A DNA stretch of 64,000 nt from Planctomycetota bacterium (GTDB taxonomy: Bacteria > Planctomycetota > GCA-002687715 > CAIWVZ01): the NCBI GenBank assembly GCA_044222185.1, contig JBGANV010000003.1, positions 128,001 through 192,000 of the forward strand, read 5' to 3'. A model generated the notes under the pieces. The model was not told the origin of the DNA. It saw only the letters and a list, made by a program, of their open reading frames with translations, and did no database searches. Below are positions 48,133-58,000 of this stretch, piece after piece. Position 1 is the first letter of the stretch; every line of letters begins with the position of its first letter. A program made the position numbers and the translations under genes.

Positions 48133-50598
48133 ATGAACGACATGGGAGAGGTCCTCAACGAGTTCCTCGTTGAGAGCTACGAGAGTCTCGAACATCTCGA
48201 CCAGGATTTCGTCGAGTTGGAGAAGTCTCCGAGCAACAAGGAGATCATCACCCGGATCTTCCGTGCGTTCCACACGATCAAGGGAACGTCCGGCTTCCTC
48301 GGCTTCCAACGCCTCGAAACGCTGACGCACGCGGGCGAGAGCCTGCTGAGCAAGCTGCGCGACGGCGTCCTCACGGTCGATCGCGACATCATCACGGCGC
48401 TCCTCGCCACGATCGACGGCGTCCGTCAGATCCTGAAGGCGGTCGAACAGACGAACGAGGAGCCGGACATCGACTTCACGGCGCTCGTCGCTCGACTGTC
48501 GCAGCTGCAGAAAGCCGATGCGCCCGCCGCCCCGGCGACGGAGACGCAGGCCTCGCCGCCCGCGCACGCACCAGCCCAAGCGGCCGCACCCGCAGCACCC
48601 GCGCCCGCGACGGTGACCCCAGCCGCGACCACGCCTGCGACTCAGCCGGCGCCAGCCGCTCCGGCAGCTCCCGCCCCCCTTGCTTCCGCTGCGCCGGTCA
48701 CTCCCCCGGTCGCCCCGCCGCCAGTCGCCGCAGCGCACGCCCCAGCGGCCCCAGCAGCGCCGCCACCGGCCGCCCACGCGGCGCCACCGACTCCGCAGCC
48801 GCCCCAATCTCACGTCGCGCCAGCCGAGAGGCCGGCGCCAGCGGCCCCAAGCGACGATCACGCCCCACGCGAGGCTGCGTCCGGCGAGAAGAACCACTCA
48901 GTCACGGACAACAACGTCCGCATCGACGTGGCGCTCCTCGACAAGATCATGAATCTGGTCGGAGAGCTCGTCCTCGCCCGCAACCAGGTGCTCCAGTTCG
49001 GCGCGCAGAACCGCGGGAACGGCGCGTTCGTCGCGACCACTCAGCGCCTGAACCTCATCACGACCGAGCTGCAGGAGAACGTCATGAAGACGCGCATGCA
49101 GCCCATCGGGACGATCTGGCGCAAGTTCCCCCGAGTGTTGCGTGACCTCGCGCTCGCGTGCAGCAAGCAGATTCGACTCGAGATGGTCGGCGAGGACACG
49201 GAACTCGACCGCACGATCATCGAGTCGATCCGCGACCCCCTGACCCACATCATCCGCAACTCGTGCGATCACGGGATCGAGGAGCCCGCGGAGCGCGCGA
49301 AAGCCGGCAAGCCCGCGGAAGGCGTGCTGAAACTCCGGGCCTTCCACGAGAGCGGTCACGTGGTGATCGAGGTATCGGATGACGGCCGCGGAATCGACGC
49401 CGAGCGCGTGAAACAGAGCTGCATCAAGAAGGGGCTCGTCACTCTCGAGCGCGCCGCGCGCATGACCGAGCGCGAGCTCGTCGACATGATCTTCCTCCCT
49501 GGATTCTCCACCGCCGAAAAGGTCACGAACCTCTCCGGGCGCGGCGTCGGCATGGACGTCGTGAAGTCGAACGTGGAGAAGATCGGTGGGACGGTCGAGA
49601 TCCAGACCGTGCGTGGAACGGGGACCACGCTCGTCATCCGGATCCCCCTCACGCTCGCGATCATTCCGGCCCTGACGATCCGCTGCGCGAACCAGCGCTA
49701 CGCAATCCCGCAGGTGAGTCTGCTCGAACTCGTCCGCGTCGACACCGGCGGCGGCGGCGCGGCAATCGAGTCGATCTTCGGCGCTCACGTCTATCGGCTC
49801 CGCGGTCACCTGCTTCCCCTCGTCTGCCTGCGTGAACTCCTCGGGGCACCGCCGCTCGAGCGGAAGACCGGCGACGACGACGCGGACTCGATCAACATCG
49901 TCGTGCTCCAATCCGCGGGCCGGCACTTCGGCCTGATCGTCGACAAGATCGAGGACACGGAGGAGATCGTCGTGAAGCCGCTGAGCAAGCAGCTGAAGCA
50001 CATGCCGGTGTTCGCCGGCGCGACGATCATGGGCGACGGCAAGATCGCACTGATCCTCGACGTGAACGGCATCGCGCAGCACGCGTCGATCGGAGCCCAA
50101 GGCGCAGACGTCGAGCCATCCCGGGGAGACGCGCGAACCGAGGCGAAGAGCCGTCGCATGTCCCTCGTCGTGTGCGAGACGTACGGCGGAGCCCGCGTCG
50201 GGATCCCGCTTCCGCTGGTGGCGCGCCTGGAGGAATTCCGCGTCGGTGCGGTGGAGCACGTGGGCAACCGCCGAGTGATCCAGTACCGCGACGACATCCT
50301 TCCCCTCGTTCCCATGGACGAGATCCTGGAGTCTGGCGGCGGCAACGGCACGTTGCCGACGGAGGCGGACCAGAAGATGGACGCCATCGTCCATCAGCAG
50401 GGAGACCGCAGCGTCGGAGTCCTCGTCGGACACATCGTCGACATCGTGGAGGAGGCGGTGAACTTCCAGAACGGCGCCCGACGAAGCGGCGTCCTGTGCA
50501 GCGCCGTCGTCAAGGGGCGCGTCACCGAGATCCTGGACATCTCCGAACTCCTTCGTCCCCAGTTTGCCGAGCCGGCGGCCGAGGCCGCCTATCGATAG
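48133..50598 (+). CDS. cheA: Chemotaxis histidine kinase CheA (Hpt, Pro/Ala linker, dimerisation, HATPase, two CheW domains)
   Basis: Motifs FRAFHTIKG, LDKIMNLVGELV, HIIRNSCDHGIE, DDGRG, PGFSTA and SGRGVGMDVV, plus two C-terminal CheW-like domains. Confidence 0.96.
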   Translation: MNDMGEVLNEFLVESYESLEHLDQDFVELEKSPSNKEIITRIFRAFHTIKGTSGFLGFQRLETLTHAGESLLSKLRDGVLTVDRDIITALLATIDGVRQILKAVEQTNEEPDIDFTALVARLSQLQKADAPAAPATETQASPPAHAPAQAAAPAAPAPATVTPAATTPATQPAPAAPAAPAPLASAAPVTPPVAPPPVAAAHAPAAPAAPPPAAHAAPPTPQPPQSHVAPAERPAPAAPSDDHAPREAASGEKNHSVTDNNVRIDVALLDKIMNLVGELVLARNQVLQFGAQNRGNGAFVATTQRLNLITTELQENVMKTRMQPIGTIWRKFPRVLRDLALACSKQIRLEMVGEDTELDRTIIESIRDPLTHIIRNSCDHGIEEPAERAKAGKPAEGVLKLRAFHESGHVVIEVSDDGRGIDAERVKQSCIKKGLVTLERAARMTERELVDMIFLPGFSTAEKVTNLSGRGVGMDVVKSNVEKIGGTVEIQTVRGTGTTLVIRIPLTLAIIPALTIRCANQRYAIPQVSLLELVRVDTGGGGAAIESIFGAHVYRLRGHLLPLVCLRELLGAPPLERKTGDDDADSINIVVLQSAGRHFGLIVDKIEDTEEIVVKPLSKQLKHMPVFAGATIMGDGKIALILDVNGIAQHASIGAQGADVEPSRGDARTEAKSRRMSLVVCETYGGARVGIPLPLVARLEEFRVGAVEHVGNRRVIQYRDDILPLVPMDEILESGGGNGTLPTEADQKMDAIVHQQGDRSVGVLVGHIVDIVEEAVNFQNGARRSGVLCSAVVKGRVTEILDISELLRPQFAEPAAEAAYR

Positions 50599-50606
50599 GA
50601 CCCACC

Positions 50607-51065
50607 ATGCCGAACCGCCGTCAGTTCTGCACGTTCATGGCCGACCGCTTCTACCTGGGCATCGAGGCGCACACGGTCCAGGAGGTCATCCGCAATCACG
50701 AATCCACGCCGGTGCCGCTTGCACCGCGCGAAGTCACCGGGCTCATCAACCTTCGCGGACAGATCGTCGCGGCGGTCGACCTCCGCACGCGCCTCCATCT
50801 GCCCCCGCGCACGGGGAACACGGTCCCCATGCACGTCGTGGTGAAGACCCCGGACGGGCTCGTCAGCCTGACCGTCGACGAGATCGACGACGTGATCGAG
50901 GTCGACGACGAAACCTACGAGCCGCCGCTGGAAACGGTGAAGCGGCCGATTCGCGACCTCGTCTCGGGGGTCTACAAGCTGAAGGATCGCCTCTTGCTCA
51001 TCCTCGACACGCAGAAAGCTGTCGCCATCGGTGGCTCTGCGGTCCCGGCCGCGAAGGGCGGGTGA
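50607..51065 (+). CDS. cheW: Chemotaxis coupling protein CheW
   Basis: Motifs VQEVI, TPVPLAP and GLINLRGQIV. Confidence 0.93.
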   Translation: MPNRRQFCTFMADRFYLGIEAHTVQEVIRNHESTPVPLAPREVTGLINLRGQIVAAVDLRTRLHLPPRTGNTVPMHVVVKTPDGLVSLTVDEIDDVIEVDDETYEPPLETVKRPIRDLVSGVYKLKDRLLLILDTQKAVAIGGSAVPAAKGG

Positions 51066-51126
51066 TCGATGCACACGGACGTGACGATGCGTCCCACCGC
51101 GCCTGTCCGCCGAGCGGCATGCGCAC

Positions 51127-51154
51127 TCAACTATGGGAGTTCGACTCCCGATAA
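51127..51154 (+). promoter_or_regulatory. Internal sigma28-like promoter upstream of cheY-cheB-cheR
   Basis: TCAA-N16-CCCGATAA in the 169-bp gap between cheW and cheY. Confidence 0.55.
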
Positions 51155-51234
51155 ACACTTGCAGGCGAGAGGCCGGCGACACGGTTCGCGAACGGCGCGC
51201 GCCACCGGTGAAGGAACTTTCGGCGGAGCCAGCC

Positions 51235-51600
51235 ATGCGCGCGCTTGTCGTTGACGACTCGAAGAGCATCCGATCGATCATCGGACGAATCCTGGCCGAG
51301 TGCGGGATCGAATCCGTGGCCGCAGACAACGGCGAAACGGGCCTGGCGGCGCTGGAAGCAAGCGAGGTCGACTTCGTCCTCGTCGACTGGAACATGCCGG
51401 TCATGGACGGCTTCACCTTCCTGAAGACCGTCCGCGCGGATCCGAAGTACGACGCGCTGCAGATCATCATGTGCACGACTGAGACGGAGGTGTCCCAGAT
51501 GATGGCCGCACTCGAGGCCGGCGCGAATGAATACGTCACGAAGCCGTTCACGAAGGACGTCATCCTCGCCAAACTCGGACTCCTCGGAATTGTGAGCTGA
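51235..51600 (+). CDS. cheY: Single-domain response regulator CheY
   Basis: Motifs VVDDS, VDWNMPVMDG, T and YVTKPF. Confidence 0.92.
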   Translation: MRALVVDDSKSIRSIIGRILAECGIESVAADNGETGLAALEASEVDFVLVDWNMPVMDGFTFLKTVRADPKYDALQIIMCTTETEVSQMMAALEAGANEYVTKPFTKDVILAKLGLLGIVS

Positions 51601-51605
51601 AGCCC

Positions 51606-52718
51606 ATGGCGTCCTCACCGCTTCCGCGAATCAAGGTGCTCGTCGTGGATGACTCCTCGGTCATTCGTCACGTCGTCGCACACGTCATCGCGATGGATCC
51701 GGCGTTCGAGATCGTGGGCCATGCGGCCAACGGCAAGATCGCACTCGAGATGCTGCCGCGGCTGAACCCGGACTTGGTGACGCTCGACATCGAAATGCCG
51801 GAGATGGACGGAATCGAGACGCTGAAGCGGCTCCGCAAGACCCATCCTCGGCTGCCCGTGATCATGTTCAGCACGCTCACCGAGCGCGGCGCGGCGGCGA
51901 CCGTCGAAGCTCTCGCTTGCGGTGCGACGGATTACGCCGCGAAGCCGTCGGGCCAGACCAGTCTCGACAGTTCGATCCAGACCATGCAGGTGGAACTGAT
52001 CCCCAAGCTCCGGGCGCTGTTCCCGCAACGCGCGATGACGTCGTCGCGGCCAGCGTTCTCCGGCAGCGTGGGCGCCGAGCTGCCCTCCGCCCCGGTCCAG
52101 CCCATCGACCTCGTCGTGATCGGTGCATCCACCGGCGGTCCGGGGGCACTGCAGCACATCCTTCCCAAGCTGCCTCGGGACCTGTGCGTTCCCGTCCTCG
52201 TCGTTCAACACATGCCGCCAGTGTTCACCCAGGCGCTGGCCGAACGGCTGAACGATGCGTGCCCCATCAGCGTGCGAGAGGCCGTCGATCGAGAACCCCT
52301 GACGCGGGGCACGGTCCTGATCGCGCCCGGCGACGTCCACCTCGAAGTTGCCGGCGTGCCCGGTGCCGGCAAGGTGCGGCTCCACCGCCAGCCGCCGGAG
52401 AACTCGTGCCGGCCGTCCGTGGACGTCTTGTTCCGCTCCGCTGCCCAGATGTACGGCGGGAACGTCCTCGCCGTGATGCTCACCGGCATGGGCCAGGACG
52501 GGCTCAAGGGTTCGCAGCTGATCGCCGAAGCCCAGGGTTTCCTCATCGTCCAAGACCAGGCGACGTCCGTCGTCTGGGGAATGCCCGGCGCCGTCCAGAA
52601 GGCCGGGATCGCCAACTGCGTGCTGCCACTCCAGGAGATCGGACCCGCCATCGTGTCCACGGTGAACGCCAGCTTGAAGAAGCAGCGCGTCGTGCACGCA
52701 CCGTCCACCCGAGACTGA
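51606..52718 (+). CDS. cheB: Chemotaxis methylesterase CheB (receiver plus esterase domain)
   Basis: Motifs LDIEMP, GASTGGP, VQHMP, RPSVD and LTGMGQDG. Confidence 0.96.
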   Translation: MASSPLPRIKVLVVDDSSVIRHVVAHVIAMDPAFEIVGHAANGKIALEMLPRLNPDLVTLDIEMPEMDGIETLKRLRKTHPRLPVIMFSTLTERGAAATVEALACGATDYAAKPSGQTSLDSSIQTMQVELIPKLRALFPQRAMTSSRPAFSGSVGAELPSAPVQPIDLVVIGASTGGPGALQHILPKLPRDLCVPVLVVQHMPPVFTQALAERLNDACPISVREAVDREPLTRGTVLIAPGDVHLEVAGVPGAGKVRLHRQPPENSCRPSVDVLFRSAAQMYGGNVLAVMLTGMGQDGLKGSQLIAEAQGFLIVQDQATSVVWGMPGAVQKAGIANCVLPLQEIGPAIVSTVNASLKKQRVVHAPSTRD

Positions 52719-52719
52719 A

Positions 52720-53541
52720 ATGCCGCTCGCTGCCCCCGTCATGGAATTCGTGCGACGAATGGTCCTCGACCGCTCCGGGATCTCGCTGGACGCGTCGCAA
52801 GACTACCTCGTCGAGGCGCGGCTGGCGCCCCTGGCGCGGGACGACGGATTCCGCTCCGTCGACGACTTCATCGATCACGCACGGGATTCGGGAACCGAGA
52901 CGCTCCACGAGCGGATCACAGAAGCGCTCACGACGAACGAAACGAGCTTCATGCGCGATCCGGCGCTGTTCGACGCCATCGTCAAGCACGCGTTGCCCGA
53001 ACTCATCCTCGCGCGCGCCAACGAGCGCAAGCTCACGATCTGGTCCGCGGCCTGTTCCACCGGCCAGGAGCCGTACTCCGTTGCGATCCTCCTGCGGAGC
53101 AGATTCCCCCAGGTCGCGGACTGGGACGTGAAGATCGTCGGAACGGACCTCTGCGAGAGCGTCCTCGGCCGCGCACAGGAGGGCCGCTACACGGCGATCG
53201 AAGCGAACCGGGGAATGCCCGCGACGCTCCTGATCAAGTACTTCGAACGGGTCGGGCTCGACTGGCGCGTGCGCCCCGAGATCCGCGCCATGGTCGAGTT
53301 CACCAAGCTGAACCTCATCGGGAGCTGGCCGCCGCTCCCCATGTTCGATCTCATCCTGCTGCGGAACGTGCTGATCTACTTCGACGTGCCCGTGAAGCAG
53401 CGAGTCATCAAGAGTGCGCGCAAGGTCCTGCGACCGGACGGATACCTCGTGATGGGAGCCGCCGAGACGCTGTACACGGTCGACGACAGCTTCGCCCGGA
53501 TCCAATGGGAGAAGGCCGTCGCATACCGTCCGATCCCATGA
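52720..53541 (+). CDS. cheR: Chemotaxis methyltransferase CheR
   Basis: Motifs TTNETSFMRD, IWSAACSTGQEPYS and RNVLIYF. Confidence 0.96.
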   Translation: MPLAAPVMEFVRRMVLDRSGISLDASQDYLVEARLAPLARDDGFRSVDDFIDHARDSGTETLHERITEALTTNETSFMRDPALFDAIVKHALPELILARANERKLTIWSAACSTGQEPYSVAILLRSRFPQVADWDVKIVGTDLCESVLGRAQEGRYTAIEANRGMPATLLIKYFERVGLDWRVRPEIRAMVEFTKLNLIGSWPPLPMFDLILLRNVLIYFDVPVKQRVIKSARKVLRPDGYLVMGAAETLYTVDDSFARIQWEKAVAYRPIP

Positions 53542-53555
53542 TCAGGAGAGAGTAA

Positions 53556-54026
53556 ATGGAGGCTCACGTCATCAACCTGGCCGACGACATCACGAAGATC
53601 ACGGAGGCCGTGTGGACGTCGACTCTGAACGAGTCGATCATCCGCAAGCGCCTGCCGGACAACGCGCTGTCCCGGCCGTTCCTCACCACGTGCATCCACA
53701 TCACGGGCGCCTGGGAAGGAACCATGATCCTCGAGTGCTCATTGGAGTACGGACGCGCCGTCGCCGCGTCGATCTTCGGGACTCGCCCCGCGGACGTCAC
53801 GCACGACGAGGCCCACGACGCCGTCGGCGAGTTGATCAACATGATCGGCGGCAACGTGAAGGCGCTCCTTCCGACGCCGTCGCAGCTCTCGCTGCCGTCG
53901 GTTGCCGAGGGGATGAACTACCGGATGTCCATCCCCGGAACCGTGGCGCTCCACGAGTTGGACTACGACTCGAACGGGCATTGGATCCGCGTGCGGCTCC
54001 TGCAATCGACGCGTCGCCGCGACTGA
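53556..54026 (+). CDS. cheX: CheX-family phosphatase
   Basis: Motifs ITGAWEG and DAVGELINMIGGNVK (ExxN). Confidence 0.88.
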   Translation: MEAHVINLADDITKITEAVWTSTLNESIIRKRLPDNALSRPFLTTCIHITGAWEGTMILECSLEYGRAVAASIFGTRPADVTHDEAHDAVGELINMIGGNVKALLPTPSQLSLPSVAEGMNYRMSIPGTVALHELDYDSNGHWIRVRLLQSTRRRD

Positions 54027-54076
54027 CCAACACCCCAACAGGATTCACTCCGACCACGAACGGGAGTTCTCGCGCC

Positions 54077-54439
54077 ATGAAGATCATGATCGTCGACGAC
54101 AGCAAGGCGATGCGGATGATCGTCCTCCGCACGCTTCGGCAGGCCGGTTTCCAGAGCCACACGTTCGAAGAGCAGCCGAACGGCGCCGAAGCGCTGAAGG
54201 CCATCCAGGCGGGTCCGCCGGATCTCGTCCTGTGCGACTGGAACATGCCGGAAATGAACGGCATCCAGCTCCTCACCGAGCTGCGCAAGCAAGGCAACGG
54301 GGTGAAGTTCGGCTTCATCACGTCAGAGGCCTCGCCCGAGATGAAGAACCTGGCCGTGGAAGCCGGCGCGCTCTTCCTCATCACCAAGCCGTTCACGGTC
54401 GAGACGTTCCAGCAGATGCTCACGCCCGTCGTCTCCTGA
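54077..54439 (+). CDS. cheY: Second CheY-like response regulator
   Basis: Motifs IVDDS, CDWNMPEMNG, ITSE and TKPF. Confidence 0.9.
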   Translation: MKIMIVDDSKAMRMIVLRTLRQAGFQSHTFEEQPNGAEALKAIQAGPPDLVLCDWNMPEMNGIQLLTELRKQGNGVKFGFITSEASPEMKNLAVEAGALFLITKPFTVETFQQMLTPVVS

Positions 54440-54456
54440 TCGAGCGACGCCCCGCC

Positions 54457-54933
54457 ATGACGATGTGCACCGTACCGACCTGCGAATCCGTGTCCGCGTT
54501 CCTGGAGAGCCTCTTCGGAACGAAGGTCGCGGCGTCGCTCGGCACGACGACGGCGTTCGATCCGAAGGCGCCGCTCGTGGCCGCGATCTACGCGAGCGAG
54601 CAGGGCGCAACGGTCGGCGTCTGGCTTTGCGACCTGTCGTTCGCCGCCAGCGCGGCGGCGGCGCTGTGCGTGGTGCCGGTCGAGCAGGCAACGGACGCGA
54701 TCACGGCGGGAGCGCTTCCGGACTCGCTGATGGAGAACCTGAAGGAAGTCTTCAACGTCGGCTCACGCTTCTTCGTCGGGCCCGGCGCCCCGCGCGTCGC
54801 CCTGAAGAGCGTGCACTCGCAGCCGCTGCCGACGGAGATCCGCATCGCCATGGCGAAGTCGCCGCTCCGCGTGAACGTGGATGCCGAGATCACCGGCTAT
54901 CCCAAGGGTCGCATGACCCTCTTCATGAGCTGA
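54457..54933 (+). CDS. Divergent CheC/CheX-like protein
   Basis: Last gene of the che operon, with an ExxN-type motif ENLKEVFNVG and an alpha/beta pattern. Confidence 0.6.
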   Translation: MTMCTVPTCESVSAFLESLFGTKVAASLGTTTAFDPKAPLVAAIYASEQGATVGVWLCDLSFAASAAAALCVVPVEQATDAITAGALPDSLMENLKEVFNVGSRFFVGPGAPRVALKSVHSQPLPTEIRIAMAKSPLRVNVDAEITGYPKGRMTLFMS

Positions 54934-55074
54934 CGCGATCCCGAACGAGGGTGTTCAGGTCCCCCGCGCGGGATCTGCCAGCGGCTGACTTGACGCCGAA
55001 GCGGCATCAGCCGGCCCGCCCCCCCGCCCCCTTCCAGCAGGGCGGCGGAGGAACGGACGACGCGAGGCCTCGGG

Positions 55075-58000
55075 TCAGAGGCTCGTGTTGAAGAACGCCC
55101 ACGTCAGGCGGAATCCGACCGGACTCGCCGCGTCGAGGTAGCCGGCCTGGAGCGTGAAGTGAGCTCCGGTCGGCGGGTTCGGCGCAACCAGCCCAGGCAG
55201 GATGAACTCGCCGCCCGGCGCCGTGTTCCCCGGCAGGTTCGGGCTCATCACGATCCCGGCCTGCGGTGGTCCAAAGACGCCGAGGCCATCGAGAACGGGG
55301 AAGAGCCCCGGCGATCCCACCTGGAGCACGAGGTTCGCGGCAGGAGTGGGCCAGTTCGTCACCGGCCCCGGCAGGCCGGAGTCACCGACGAGCGTGAACG
55401 CGGCGTTCGGTGCACAGCCCTCGATGTTGAACGAGAACGTGACGCCCGGAGTCATCGGATCCTGCAGGGGCACGTGCCCGATCACACCGTGGTTCGAGCC
55501 GCTGCCCACGATGACCTCCGTCATGTTGGACGCGACCGTCGGGAAGTTCTCGACGGCGATCGCGAGGCCACCGGACATCCGCGTCTGCTCGATCGACGCA
55601 GGGATCGAGGCCGTCAACTGCGCGGCGCTCACGTACGTCGTCGTGAGTTGCACGCCGTTGGCGTACACCTTCGACGTCGGCATGAAGCCGCTGCCGTTCA
55701 CGGTCAGGTTCGTGGCGGGCGACGCCAGAGTCTTGATCGCGATCGACACGGGCGTGAGCGAGGTGATCGCCGGCCCCGTGATCGTGAACGTGAGCGCCGG
55801 CGTGTTTCCGCCACCCGGTCCCGGATTGCGCACGAGGATGCTCGCGGACCCCGGGGTCGCGATGTTCGCCGCAGGAATCGCCGCCGTGAGCTGCGTCGCG
55901 CTCACGAACGTCGTCGGCTGCGGGACGCCGTCCCACCGCACCTGGCTCTGCGTGTTGAAGTTCGTTCCGGTCACCGTGAGCGTGAAGCCGGCCGTACCGG
56001 CGAACCGCGAGGTTGGGCTCATCGACACCAGCGTCGGGACCGGGTTGTTGATCGTGAAGGTCAACACTCCCGAGTTCCCGCCGCCCGGCGCCGGGTTGTT
56101 CACCCGCACCGACACGGTCGCCGCGTTCGCAACGTTCGCCGCCGGCACCGAGGCCGTGACCTGCGTCGCGCTGACGAATGTCGTCGAGAGTCCCGCTCCG
56201 TTCCACTGCACCTGGCTCTGCGTGTTGAAGTTCGAGCCGTTCACCGTGAGCGTGAAGGCCGCCGAACCTGCGAGGGTCGAGCTCGGCGACAGCGACGCGA
56301 TGGTCGGCACCGGGTTGTTGATCGTGAACGTCAACGTCCCGGAGTTACCCCCGCCCGGCGCCGGGTTGTGCACCAGCACCGATGCCGTCCCTGCAGCCAC
56401 GATGTTCGCCGCCGGCACCGAGGCCGTGACTTGCGTCGCGGAGACGAACGTCGTCGTGAGGTTCGCGCCGTTCCACTGCACCCGGCTCTGAGTGTTGAAG
56501 CTCGAGCCGTTGACGGTGAGGATGAACGCCGCACCGCCCGCAGTCGCGCTCGAGGGGCTGAGCGACGCGATCGCCGGCACCGGGTTCGTGATCGTGAAGG
56601 TCTGGCCTGCCGTCGTCCCGCCGCCTGGCGCCGGGTTGAACACGGTCACCGTGTGCGTGCCGGCAGTTGCAAGCAGCCCCGCCGGAATCGTCGCCGTCAC
56701 CGACGTCGCGCTGACGAACGTCGTCGGTTGGTTCGCGCCGTCCCAACGGACGATGCTCCCGGCCACGAAGTTCGTCCCGGTGCAGGTCAGCACGATCGCT
56801 GCACTGCCCGCGCCCACCGTCGCCGGGCTGATCGACGTGAGCGTCGGCGCCGGGTTCGGCGTCACGTCCACGTCGACGACGAACGAGCCCGAGATCCCGA
56901 CGCCGCCGTCCTTGAAGACGAGGATCGCGTGAACGCCGGGGCCGAGCGTGCGCGTCATCGTCGGACCACCGACGGTGGACGCGAACACGGCGGCGCCGCG
57001 ACGAGCCCACGCCGGCGTCGCCTGGGGCTCGAACAGCGCCCACTCGAGCCCGGCCAAACCGGTCAGCACCATGTCGTAGCTGCCTCCCGGCGCCGGAACC
57101 GTGAACTCGAAGATGCGGAGTGCCTGCGCAGCGCCCCACGCGGCCGAGTACGGCGTCCCCGGTGTGACGGTCACGCGCGTCGCTTGGTTCGCGCTGGCCG
57201 ACGTGGTGCCGAAGAACCGAGCCATGACGCCTTCGGTCGGCGCAACGGTGCCTTGGTAGCCATCGGCGACCACGAAGTCGCACGCCGTGCCGCCGAGCTG
57301 CGACTGGCCGGAGCCGATCTCCACATCCCAGTCGCTCGCGGCGGACGTGATCCCCACCGCATTCCACACGCCGGCCACGGGTGCGACCGTGAACGGCTGG
57401 CACTCGTTGGTCACGGTCGTCGACGCGGTCGACGGGCTGAGTGCGATGGGCGGCGCAGTTGCGCACACGTGAGCCGTGAACGACGCGGTCGCCGTCACGG
57501 GGCCGCCGTCATGGACGACGGCGAGTGCGTGCCAACCCACGCCGAGTGACGCCGTCACGGTCCCGGTCGACGTCGTGCCCGACGCTTCGATGTTCGTGTT
57601 GTCGCTGACCCAGCTCGAGTCCACCCCGGGCGAGTGGAAGACCCAGCGCAACGATGGATCGCCGGTGACCGTGACGTCGTAGCTGCCCGCGGTCGTGATG
57701 TTGACCTCGAGCAGTCGGATGATCTGGTTCGCCGAAAGCGAGCCGAAGTACTGATTGTCGACCGTCATCGTGCTCGACGAGGCGTGCTGGAGCGTCGCGT
57801 CGGCGCTTCCGGCGAAGCGGGTCGTCGTCCCGGACGACGCCGGGATCACGCCCAACTCGCCGTTCGCGATGACGTAGTCGCAGCTCGTTCCACCGGAGAA
57901 CGCGTAGGCCTCGCCGAGGAAGACGTCCCAGTCCGCCTGCGAGCTGACGGCGACCGCGTTCCACGCGTTGGCGACCTGCGTGACGCTGAAGCCCTGGCAC

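Noticed and set aside
51135-51149. GGGAGTTCGACTCCC, resembling a tRNA T-arm or integration site
   Set aside because: There is no acceptor stem, D-arm or anticodon arm, no CCA end, and no integrase nearby.
55500-56870. Periodic DNA repeats as a possible CRISPR array or mobile element
   Set aside because: The ~280-bp period and in-frame degenerate copies encode IPT/TIG domains. There are no spacers, cas genes or transposase.
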